This document shows positions 26,001 to 38,700 of a stretch of DNA of 64,000 bases, in pieces; the stretch's first letter is position 1; every line of letters starts with the position of its first letter. Source of the DNA: Octopus bimaculoides. Lineage: Eukaryota. The notes under the pieces were generated by a model that saw only the letters and a list, made by a program, of their open reading frames with translations, made no database searches and was not told the DNA's origin. Position numbers and translations under genes: made by a program. Location of the stretch: positions 313,488 to 377,487 of the forward strand of contig NC_068982.1 of assembly GCF_001194135.2 (NCBI RefSeq), given 5' to 3'.

Positions 26001-26742
26001 GAATTTGTATGATTGCAAAAGAAAGTCTTTCTCAGAATATGCTGTAGAATTGTTACTGGTCTGCTTGAGAGAATTACTATCCAAAGATTCACATTTTCTA
26101 TCCTGACATCAGCACTCTACTGTGTCTATTACAATATTTTATCAGCCATTTCAAAGCTAGTTTTCATCTAACCAAAGCTATTAAGGTACAAAAGGTGAAT
26201 TACGAATGATTGCACCCCCACTGATTGGAAGACTAGTCTGTTGCAGACTAATCCATTTACAGCTAAGTGGACTAAAGCAACTTGAAATGAAGTGGTTTGT
26301 TCATGAACAAAACATACCCCTTGGTCCAGGAATCGAACCCATAATCTGGTGATTGTGAGTGCAATGCTCTAACCACTTGGCCATGCACCTTCACATAAGC
26401 CACATGGTAAACAGTACATACACAATACACCTTTGCAACAAAGAATTAATTTTCAATGAAGCTTAAAGAGATTTTTTTTCTGTGTTAATAAAGTGAATCA
26501 AGTCAGAGAACATATATTTAGCATTTTGCTTCAGCTTCTCATCTGCATTATTTCAGTTGCATTGAGTATTTAGGTTTTATATTGATTTCTATGTTCTAAT
26601 TATGTTTTTCTTTAAACTACGTCCAGGATGAGACAAAATCTGGTGAAGAATTAGTTGTGTCCAAACAACCAAAAGAAGACCTTACCCGACCAGGTTCATT
26701 ACAAGTCCCCAGCGAAATAGAGTATGTTTCTAAGTAAGTCCT

Positions 26743-26787
<45 letters not shown>

Positions 26788-29700
26788 AAATGGCATGATA
26801 TTGCAAGGAGGCGTGATTAGAGGGAGCGGAGGGAGAGGGGTGGCGAAAACCTGGGTATGCATAGAGTTGGTGGTGGTGGTGGTGGGGGGGCTGCTGGGTA
26901 GCAATGATGCAGAGGAACAGGGGCTGTGAGGGCAGGATTGGGGAGTGGGGGGGGTAGGCAAAATGTATGAAGGAGGAAATGTGAGGAAGGGAAGAGATGC
27001 AGATTGGTTTGTTGGGGTAGAGTGAGGGAAAAGTTTTCTTGTTACGTGTGGGTGGAACACACAGGTCACGGGCTAGCAGATATCATTGATACAGTGAGAC
27101 AGGGTCAAGAGGACAGGGTTGGGGAGTGGGGGGTGATCATAGGACCTGAAGCAGAAATGTGAGGAAGAGAAGAGACGTAGTTTGGTTTGTTGGGGTAGAG
27201 TGTGTGAGAAGTTTTCTCGTTAAGTGTGGGTGGGACACACACAGGGCTTCTAAAACTCAGTTTTGCTGACATGGGAGGGTCTTCTCAAGAACTTCATATT
27301 GCCAGACATCTTGGTCCATTGTCGTTTCCTCTGTGAGGCCTGAAAAATTCTTCTTTATCTTTGAAATGTGAAATGAAAGTTTTGTTTTGTTTTTTACAGA
27401 TATTACACAGATTTTGAACATGTCGAGAAACTCAGCCACGGGGCTTTTGGTATTGTCTTTGTAGCTAAAAATAAATTTGATTCTTGTCAGTATGCTGTCA
27501 AAAGAATATGCCTTCCAAAATGGTTAGTGACATTTTTTTTTAACCTTTGGTAGCATATGTGTAAAATACATTTTATTTGTTTTCAAAAATTCAACATAAA
27601 TATAAACAATAAAAATATTACAATTTCTAAATTTGTTTAGTATTTTAGGCAGTTTTTTTTAAATGTCAGTCTAAGATTCCCCAATCAATGTCTATAACAG
27701 AGATGAACTGCTTTTAGTTTGAAAGTTAATCAAAGTATAAGGTTTAAGCATAAGATTTCTTAACAATGTAATGGCTTGGTACGAAGCTGCCATTATAAAC
27801 TTTAGCTTTACTAAGTTGTCAATAGTTTACATCTCCAAGGTCCAAATCGTCATCATTATTTAACATCTGCTGACATGAATTGGATGGTTTGACAGGAGTT
27901 CACCACCAAGTTCCAGTTTAATTTCGCTTGTTTCTCTGGCTAGATGCCCTTCCTAATGCCAACCACTGGGAGCTTTTAACATGGCATTGTATGAGCACTT
28001 TTACATGGCACCGACATGAGGACTTAAAAAGTCCATGGCTCTGGTACAACTTTTGCAGGACGGTCTTCTTGAATGCAGCAAGGTTCCAAGTATCTCAGTC
28101 GTTTGTTATCTGAAAGGTTCAGTGCCTTGAGGTTGTCCTTCACTACTTTGGCCTGTGTCTTCTTGGGTCTTCCACTTCCATCCACTTTGAGAGATCTGCA
28201 TTTCTTTATGGAGCGGTTGGCTTCCATTTGTATCGCATGACCAAACCAGTTCAGTCCTCTCTCTCTTGCACACTGCATCTAATTCCTCTGATGCCTAACC
28301 TATCTCTCAAAGCATTATCACTCTGTTGAAATGTACACTAACATTACACATACAGCAGAGCATACTAGCCTCATTGCGCTCTAACCTTTGCATGTCCCTT
28401 GTAGAATTGCTGTTTGTATGCATGCATCACACAACTTTCCTTTCACTCAGAAAGAGAGAGAGACCTTTGGTTGCCAAGAGAGGTAAAAAAAAGCTCTTTG
28501 AATTTAGCTATTACACTCTTTGTACATCCTCCCCCATTACTAATTGTATCCCCTCAGTAGCAATCATCATCCACTACTTCTAACAGTCCTCTGGGGCATT
28601 TGCATTTTCCCAAGCATCTGCTCTTCTTATGACTCCTGTGCATCTTCCACATATGAACGCTACTTTCTCTGATAACCTCCCTATTCTTCCACTGCACCTC
28701 ATGTGAAGAAATGATGAGAAATTCTGATTAGCACCACTTGACAGGTGCTTCCCCGTATAACCGAATCAATCCCATTTCCTCAGTTTTGGAGTCAGATACA
28801 TGACTATCAGGACTTTCGGCCATGTAGAATGCTGACTTAGGTTCTTATATTCTGCCAACACTTTATCTTGTAATCATCATCATCATCATCATCATCATTT
28901 AGCGTCTGTTGTCCATGCTGGCATGGGTTGGACTGTTTGACCAGGGCTGGCAAGGCTGGAAGGCTGCACCAGACTCCAGTCTCATTTGCCCTTCCTAACA
29001 TGCCAACCACTCTGAGAGTGTAATGGGTGCTTTTATGTGCCACCGGCAGGGGTGCCATATGAGTGACACCAGTATCTGCCACAACTGCAATTTTGCTTGG
29101 TTTGATGGGTCTTCTTCTCAAGGCCCAACACTTCTCCGCATTCGAAAGGAACTCAGCCATTTTGCTCTATTAATCTAAATATGTTTAATTCAAAAATCTT
29201 GAAGGTATTTTTTGAAGTTATTTAATTAAATATGATTATTTCTATTGATTTAAATTAAATTTCTTGAAAATCTTGATTGTTCTTCATTTCTCTTCAGTGC
29301 AAGCAGTGAAGAAAAGGTAATGAGAGAAGTGACCACACTTGCAAGTCTTGACCATGCTGGAATTGTTCGTTATTTCCAATCTTGGTTTGAATGCCCACCT
29401 GCTGGATGGCAGGAAAAGATGGATTTAGAACTGGGGAATAAGTAAGTTAATATTCATTTCAGTCTCCTTTGAATCATTTGGAATGTGTGCGTGTGTGTGT
29501 GTGTGTAAGAGAAATAAATGGAGGTATGGTTGTACCTTTTCTTTTCTTCAAGAAAGAATTACTGATGATAAAAATTATACATTCTTGAAAATTGTTAACT
29601 AAAAATAGCGATGGATTATTTTTTTCCCCTTTATTTCAGTCACTACCGTTTGAATTTTCTCATGGTTATCTGACAGTTGACTTGTGTTGGCTTATTCCTG

Positions 29701-32700
29701 TTACCATTCAATATTCATTTTCATCACTTATCCGAAGAAATGAAATTATATATCTTCTTTATTGCTTCCCATATCGGTGACAGACCTAATCTGTTGTTCA
29801 ATTTAACACCACTATTTAGCTTTCAGCTGTCTTTAGGAAAGCCAACTCTATTGCAAGTGTTTAGATCATGTCTCTGACCTGACGGTAATTAGATATCTTG
29901 ATGTGGTACTTTCTACTCTAGTAATCCATGAAGGATGGTTTCTTCCTCCTTTTCCCCATATGTTATTGCTGGTTCAATCTCCATGTCTTAGCACTTAATT
30001 ATCATCTCCCAAAACCATTAGCCTAAAACCTAAGTTACTTTCAAATTTGAAATTAATTACTGAAGATTTTGAATTGATTCTGCAATTTTCAGATTCTCAC
30101 CGTTATTTGTTGCTAAGATTTTATTATTAGAAGAGCTTCTTCTTATGACTTGCTTCGTTCATTTGTCGTTAGTTTCCTTACTTTGCTAATTAGTCGTAGT
30201 GTCAATCTTGAAAATATTTAAATTGGTTTGTTTGTATGTATAAAACTTTCTTCCACTTGTCTAAAATAAACCTCTGTGGTCAAGCACTCAGGTGCAAATC
30301 TAATCTACGGTCAAGCACTCAGGTGCAAATCTAATCTACGGTCAAGCACTCAGGTTCAAATCTAATCAGTGGTCAAGCACTCAGGTGCAAATCTAATCTG
30401 ACATTGTAACTAATTTATAACAGCTTTTCTATTTTTTTCAAGCTTATCTAGTAAAATCTTTCTAGTCAGTAACACAGGTAATTCCGTTTTTAAGCTAATT
30501 TGAATATTTGATGGAATGCAATTGAAAATTGTTTCTGTTCAGTGAGGTGAATATTTTATGTTCTTTCCTTTCAGCGTTTGTCTTACTCCTAGTCCAGTTA
30601 CACAGACCACAACTCCCTCTGGTGTTACCTCAGAAAAACCCAATAATCATATTGCTGATTGTCTTGATCGTAATCCACTGCGACCTTTCAATGATCTCGA
30701 CTTTTCAAATATTTTCCCAAAGACTAATGGTGTTAGTGGTGGATTCTCAAGTTATAAAGAAAACGATGAGAGCGGTTCTTTCAGTATCTCTGACACAAAT
30801 CTACAAAGTACCTCTTCCAAAAATGAAAGCAAGCAGAGCAATAGTAGCAATGAAAGCCAAAATAAAGAAATTCCTTTTCAGCAATATGAAAAATCTGATC
30901 AATCTTTGAGTATAGTATTCCAAGACTCAGGCTGTGAAGAGAAGGGACTTAGCAGTTATGACAATTCAACACAACTGCTCTTTCCTAGTGAGAAACACTT
31001 GACTGTTGATGACATTAAATCAACGAACCAAGTGGCTTGTAAAAAAGATAATAATAACTCAAAAAACAAGAAAAACAATAGTCCTAAAATGTATCTCTAT
31101 ATACAAATGATGTTGTGTAAGCGTGAAACATTAAAAGACTGGCTCACACAACATACAGAGAAGCGGAATCCTGAAGTTGTTTTAGATTACTTTGATCAAA
31201 TTGTTGAAGCTGTGGATTATGTACATAAGAAAGGAGTTTTGCACAGAGATCTGAAAGTAAGGAAATGATTTTTTTTTTTTTTATATCCATTTTACATCTC
31301 TTTTAGTAAATGTTTTTCATCTTTTCATTAAAAAAGTGTGCAAATGCAGATCATTATACATGGAAGTTGGATCATATGTAGGTTTTGACAGTAGGGTCTC
31401 AAACTCCTGGAAGTATGCTTAACCATTCATAGCCAAAACTGTGTTGTATCTGAACTAAGATATTTGACTCTCAACAGCTTAGTTTGCCTAACTCTTAGTT
31501 ATCATTGCTGGATGCATTGTCGAAAAGTACAACAACTCTCTAGAACTGATTGGTTCATTTAAGCCTGTTTTCCATGCTGGCATGGGTTGGACAATTTGAC
31601 AGGGGCTGGCAAGACTAGTGGGTGGGGGACACACACGAAGTTCCATTGTCTGTTTTGGCATGGTTTCTATGGCTGGATACCCTTCTTAATGTCAACCACT
31701 TTACAGAGTGTACTGGGTGTTTTGTTATGTGGCACCATCACCGATAGGGTCACCAGGTAACTTGCATGACAAAACCCTCTCAACAGGGAAGTGGGGAGTA
31801 GTATTAAGGGTGTGTAGCTTTGTGCCAGTTGAGAGATTTAAGGTAAAGATGGGGGACAGATACAAGTGTGTCTTGCTGTAGCTACATGGATACCCCAAAG
31901 GGGAGTGAGTTAGAGAGTAAGATAAAGGGGTGGCTAAGTTTAGTTTGTTCCTTAGGAAAAACTACATGCAATTGAACAATGTTCTCTGCATATTTCTCAT
32001 ATTCAGCTAAACCATCTCTCACTATAATCCAGTTATGGATAGATGTTTATTGATGGTGACCTCATTTGCTATTCAATCTACTCAAAGTCCTATGGGGGTC
32101 GAAGGCTGGCAATGTGGATGGCCCTAACCTGTTTGAAGCAGAAGATTACAATTTTCATCTGTCTTCTGGGCTTCAGACTGTGCAGAATTGCAGTGGGGCT
32201 GCATAGTAATCTAGAAGGCCATGGATAGAAAGTCAGAAATTCTGTTGGCAGTGAGGAAACACAAATAGATGGTAATCATATGTGAAGATGGTGCAATTAC
32301 CATATATACATGTGTGTGTGTATGTGTGTGTATATGTATGTATATATATTTATATACACACACACACATGTATATATGTGTGTGTGTATATATACCTATC
32401 TATATATTTGGAATTTACAAGAAAACAAAAGATGAAGACGGGTGTATAAACAACAAACAGGTATATTAGTTTAATGCTTGGGAAGGTGAGAAAGTCTTTT
32501 ATGTTTCGAGCCTAGGCTCTTCATCGGAAAGGAACACAAGAAAATAAACAGAGAGCGAATACAAAAATGGTTTACTGGTTAGCAATGTGTATGAATATTT
32601 TAGATGTTCCATACTTAATGTGTTTCATTTAAATGCTTCTAGGCTCCAGCATTTTGTCCATGGGAAGTCCCTTTAACCCTTTAGCATTCAGATTCCTTTG

Positions 32701-35700
32701 TCAAATGTATTGCTTATTTATTCACATTGTTTTGTGTTAATCATGAATTATGTTATAGCTTTGAAATTTTGATGACATGATTGTTTATTTTTATAGTGAC
32801 ATTGTAGGATAGGTGTGAGGGGCTGGATCTGGCCAGTTTGAACATAAAATAAGTAGAATATTTGGGGCTGAATACAGCTGGTTGAAATGTTAAAAGGTTA
32901 AGATGTAGAGTTTTAAACTCCACTGTTATGTCTCCAAACCAGGTGAAATGAATCACTTTGACAGGTGAATAAGTGAGAGAAATTGTTCTTTTACTGCTGT
33001 TTCAAATCATTGGTGCTGAATATTTAAGTCACCTGTGAAACAAATTGAAATCGCTTGTCTGAGACATGTGCATAAAATCTATGTATTGATGTGCAACAGC
33101 ACTATGCAAGTAGGAAGAAAAAATTAAATTTTGAGTCGGAAGCAGCTTTGATAATGTAGACATTTTGGATTAAACAAACTTAATGTGCTTTGTTTAAACA
33201 TTTTGTATAAGTTGCTTTGGTTTGAGGTCTACAGGTGCTTTTTAAAACTCTACGTCTTAAAGGGACTTTTCCTGGATGAAATATTGCAGCTGAAAAGTGT
33301 TTAAACAAAAGTTCCTGGCTTTAAACATATTACGGAAGGCCTGCTTGGAGGTTCAACCTTCCAAGTTCTTTTACAGGGTTTAGAAAAATTGAAGGACTGC
33401 CACAATAAACGTGAAAATCTGAGAGGGGAATATGTTGAGAACAATCAATGATTTTTTTTTATAATGATATAATATACTCATTTATCAATTAAAGAATTTG
33501 TTAGAAATGGCCGTAATGATTTGATACCTGTCCTTCAATTGTCACTTATTTATCCCAGAACATGACCCTCACATGGACTATATATTTAATAAATTGTACA
33601 TGTCTGAATAGCTCAAGAGTGGATTATATACTCAGCCGGGTCAAATTGATTGAATACATCAGCCGAATATCATTCTGCCAGTACTCCTCTACCAAAGTTG
33701 GTACAGGTGTACCATCTAAACATTACTGTGCTTGCATTTTATTCCATCCTAACTAGGTGCCTTAACCTTATTCCACTGAGTGTCCCAGCATGGCCACAGC
33801 CTTAGGGCTAAAACATAAAAGATTCATCATCATCATTGTTTAACATCTGCTTTCCATGCTGGCATGGGTTGGACAGTCCAACTGTGGTCTGGCAAGCCAG
33901 GAGGCTGCACCAGGCTCCAATCTGATCTGGCAAAATTTCTACAGCTGGATACCCTTCCTGACACCAACCACTCTGAGAGAGTACTGAGTGCTTTTTATCT
34001 GCCACCGGCACAAGGGCCAGTCAGGCGGTACTGGCATTGACCACACTTGAATGGTGCTTTTTACGTGCCATTGGCATGAGATCAGTCAAGTGGCACTGGC
34101 ATTGACCACGCTTGGATGGTGCTTTTTATGTGCCACCAATCAGGTGGTACTGTCATCGGCCATGACAACAACTTCACTTGACTCAACAAGTCTTCGCAAG
34201 TACAATTTATTGCCCAATGATTGAAGCGTACTCTTAAATGGGTCGGTTATGCTACACTGGCACAGGCCACGGTTATGGTTACTTGGCTTGCTGGATCTTC
34301 TCAAGCACAGCATATTTCCAAAGGTCTCGCTCACTTGTCATCGCCTCTGTTAAGCCCAACATTCAAAGGTCGTGCTTCACCACCTCATCCCAGGTCTTCC
34401 TGGGCCTACCTCTTCCACAGGTTCCCTCATCTGCTAGGGTGTGACACTTTTTCACTCAGCTATCCTCGTCCATTTTCACCACATAACCATACCAGCGCAG
34501 TTGTCTCTCTTGCACACCACATCTGATGCTTCTTAAATCCAACTTTTCTCTCAGGGCGCTTACATTCTGTCATGTATGCACACTGACATTACACATCAAG
34601 TGGAGCATACTGGCTTCATTCTTTGCAAGCATGTCGATATCCTCAGCAGTCATAGCCCATGTTTCACTGCCATGTAGCATGGCTGTTCACACACACATGC
34701 GTCATACAGTCTACCTTTTACTCTGAGCAAGAGACCCTTTGTCACCAATAGGTAGGAGCTCTCTCAACTTTGCCCAGGCTATTCTTATTCTAGCAGCTAC
34801 ACTCTCAGAGCATCCACCCCTGCTACTGACTAAAACATGAAAGAAACAAGGGTTAAAACATAAAAGACTATATATATATATATATATATNNNNNNNNNNN
34901 NNNNNNNNNNNNNNNNNNNNNNNNNNNNNNNNNNNNNNNNNNNNNNNNNNNNNNNNNNNNNNNNNNNNNNNNNNNNNNNNNNNNNNNNNNNNNNNNNNNN
35001 NNNNNNNNNNNNNNNNNNNNNNNNNNNNNNNNNNNNNNNNNNNNNNNNNNNNNNNNNNNNNNNNNNNNNNNNNNNNNNNNNNNNNNNNNNNNNNNNNNNN
35101 NNNNNNNNNNNNNNNNNNNNNNNNNNNNNNNNNNNNNNNNNNNNNNNNNNNNNNNNNNNNNNNNNNNNNNNNNNNNNNNNNNNNNNNNNNNNNNNNNNNN
35201 NNNNNNNNNNNNNNNNNNNNNNNNNNNNNNNNNNNNNNNNNNNNNNNNNNNNNNNNNNNNNNNNNNNNNNNNNNNNNNNNNNNNNNNNNNNNNNNNNNNN
35301 NNNNNNNNNNNNNNNNNNNNNNNNNNNNNNNNNNNNNNNNNNNNNNNNNNNNNNNNNNNNNNNNNNNNNNNNNNNNNNNNNNNNNNNNNNNNNNNNNNNN
35401 NNNNNNNNNNNNNNNNNNNNNNNNNNNNNNNNNNNNNNNNNNNNNNNNNNNNNNNNNNNNNNNNGCCTCAACTTCTGAGATTAATTTGACACTGGTTGGT
35501 GACCATATCTGAGAGCAATAGTCAAAGTGGCTTAGGACAAGTGTCCTCCAGAGGACCATCATGGTTTCCCGATCTCTTGTTCTAAAAGTCCTAAGAACCC
35601 ATCCGGTCAGTCGCCTGCATTTCATTGCCAACTTAGCAACATGTACGTGGAAGGATGCATCATTACTCATGTAAATACCCAGGTCTCGCACTGACTGTGT

Positions 35701-38700
35701 CTCTGGGATTGCAATCCTTCCAGGTCCAGTGTATTTAATGGGTATTGCATTTAGTTTTGCATGCTGATAGCACAAGGCTTAAAACTTTTCAGCATTAAAC
35801 TGCATGCTATTCTTCTCAGCCCACTCATATATTTCATCCAATTCACTCACATTGCAGTTTTGTATCATCTGCATAACTTGTAATTGTGGCTCTCTGTGTG
35901 GTTGAGGACATGTCTGAGAGGACCATTATGAACAGTAGTGGTCCCAAAACAGTGCCTTGTGGAACACCGCTCACTATTTGCATCTCATTGGAGGTGGCCC
36001 CATTGGCTACTACCACCTGACTTCTTTCCTTCAGAAAATCATGCAGCCATTCTCCCAATTTCCTGACTATGCAATAATTGAATTACGAACAAGGCTTATG
36101 AGTAGCACGGCAATCTATGTTTCCGATTAACCTAGGAATAGAAAATCAAATTGAAGGCTTGATGCTATTGTGGAGTTCGTTGCACTTTAATGATCATACA
36201 GGGTGAAAAACTAGAGGTAGTCGATAGCTTCCGCTATCTGGGCGACCAAGTTAGTAGTGGGGGTGGGTGCGCTGAAAGTGTAGCTGCTAGAATAAGAATA
36301 GCCTGGGCAAAGTTTAGAGAGCTCTTACCCCTGCTGGCGACAAAGGGACTCTCACTCAGAGTAAAAGGCAGACTGTATGACGCATGCGTACGAACAACCA
36401 TGCTACATGGCAGTGAAACATGGGCTGTAACTGCTGAGGACATACGTAAGCTCGCAAGGAATGAAGCCAGTATGCTCCGTTGGATGTGTAATGTCAATGT
36501 GAATACCCGTCAGAGTGTAAGTATCTTGAGAGAAAAGCTGAACATTAGAAGCATCAGTTGTGGTGTGCAAGAGAGACGATTGCGCTGGTATGGACATGTG
36601 GTGAGAATGGAGGAGGATAGCTGCGTGAAAAAGTGCCACACCCTAACAGTTGAGGGAACCCGTGGAAGAGGTAGGCCCAGGNNNNNNNNNNNNNNNNNNN
36701 NNNNNNNNNNNNNNNNNNNNNNNNNNNNNNNNNNNNNNNNNNNNNNNNNNNNNNNNNNNNNNNNNNNNNNNNNNNNNNNNNNNNNNNNNNNNNNNNNNNN
36801 NNNNNNNNNNNNNNNNNNNNNNNNNNNNNNNNNNNNNNNNNNNNNNNNNNNNNNNNNNNNNNNNNNNNNNNNNNNCTGGGCTGAGGTGGTGAGGCAAGAC
36901 CTTCGTACATTGGGCCTCACCGAGGCGATGACTACTGACCGAGACCTTTGGAAATGGGCTGTGCGTGAGAAGACCCGGCAAGCCAAGTAAGATCGTTGCC
37001 AGTGCCCCTGGACTGGTTCTTGTGCGGGTGGCACATGAGATGCACCATTTTGAGCGTGGCCGTTGCCAGTACTGCTGGACTGGTTCCTATATATATATAT
37101 ATCATTATTTAATGTCCGTTGTCCATGCTGGAATGGGTCAGACAGTTTGACCGGGGCTGGCCAGCTGGAAGGCTGCACCAGACCCCAGTCTGATTTGGCA
37201 GGGTTTTCTATGGCTGGATGCCCTTCCCGATGCCAACCACTCCGAGAATGTAATGGGTGCTATTACATGGCACCGGCACAGGTGCCATTTGCGTGACACC
37301 AGGGTGTGTTTACATGCCACTGACACGGGTGCCAATTTGTGTGACACCGGTATCTGCCATGACTGATTTTGCTCAGCTTGATGGATTTTCTTTTCAAGCA
37401 CGACATAGTGCCAAAGGTCTTGGTCATTGCCTCCATGAAGCCCAACGTTCCATAGTTGATTCTTTATGTGCCATCAGCACAGGTGCATTTGGCTTGATGA
37501 GTCCCCTCAAGCACAGGACATCACAAAAGGTTTCTGTCACTAGTCATTGCCTCTATGAGGCTCAAAGTTCGAAGACCATGCTTCACCACCTCGTCCCATG
37601 TCTTTACCACAGGTTCTCTCCACAATTAGAGATCGACACTTCTTTACAAAGCTGTTCTTGTCTATACACATCACATGACCATACCAGCACAGTTGTCTCT
37701 CTTACACAGCACATCTGATTCTTCTTAACTTTTCTCTGAAGATACTTTCACTCTGTCGAACATGCACACTGACATTGCACATCCAGTGAAGCATACTGGT
37801 TTTATTTCTCCGAAGCCTACACATGTCCTCGGTTGTTACAGCCCATGTTTTACTGCCATGCAGCACAGTTGTTTTCACACAGGCATCAGACAATCTATCT
37901 TTCCTCCCAGAGAGAGGTCCTTTGTTGCCAGCAGGGGTAGGAGCTCTCTGAACTTTGCCCAGCCTAATCTTATTCTCACAGCTACACTCTAGGAGCCTCC
38001 ATCTCCACTACTAACCTGGTCACCTAGATACCAGAAGCTATCTACTACCTCTAGGTTACCCCACTGGCAGTTGATGGAGTCTATTTTCTGTGCATTTTCA
38101 GTGTTTATTGTACCTGTGCACCTTCCACATATAATAGTTAGTTTCCTTGTTAACCTCCCTTTGATGTTGCTGCACCTTTTATGTGTCCAAAGCTTACACT
38201 GGGTGCATCTTATGGAGTTTCTACCTACACCTTTCATACAGATTGAGTAGGGCCATCCACCTGAAGTGATATGATTTGTCTGCCTTCCTACTTACTAGAC
38301 TTGGGTTTTTACCAGGTAACTTTAAGACTCTTTGATTCTAGACCCAACTTCCATACTTGGAAATGCATGTATATATAGAGAGGAAAGTTCTTATGAGACG
38401 GTGTACGAAGATTGTAAACCGTCTCAACAGAGAAACCAATAGCAGTGAGAAACCCCACCTGCTTGAGATTGAGAAACGACTGAAGCACTCCCACGAGGAG
38501 GAAAGAGCAGACAGAAGCCCAGGTGATAAAAATATAAAATCAGACCCTAAAGCCTTCTTTAGGTATGCCAAGGAGACTGCTTCTATGCATTGCAGGGTAG
38601 AGCCACTCCTCCAAAAAGATGGTTCCCTCAAGGAAAACCCAACGAGGATAAGGGAAACACTGAATGAACCGTTCAAAAGTGTCTTCATCCCACCTCTGTG

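Noticed and set aside
26300-26396. tRNA gene candidate
   Set aside because: A and B boxes are present but there is no closable cloverleaf, and it runs into a SINE body.
30278-30399. CRISPR-like direct repeats (also the RTE 3' UTR units)
   Set aside because: No unique spacers, eukaryotic context, no cas genes.
34711-35775. 354-aa ORF
   Set aside because: Artificial fusion of CR1 and RTE fragments through a 575-N gap.
36682-36875. Apparent insertion in the RTE ORF
   Set aside because: N-gap; flanks are nearly contiguous in other copies, so the gap size is overestimated.
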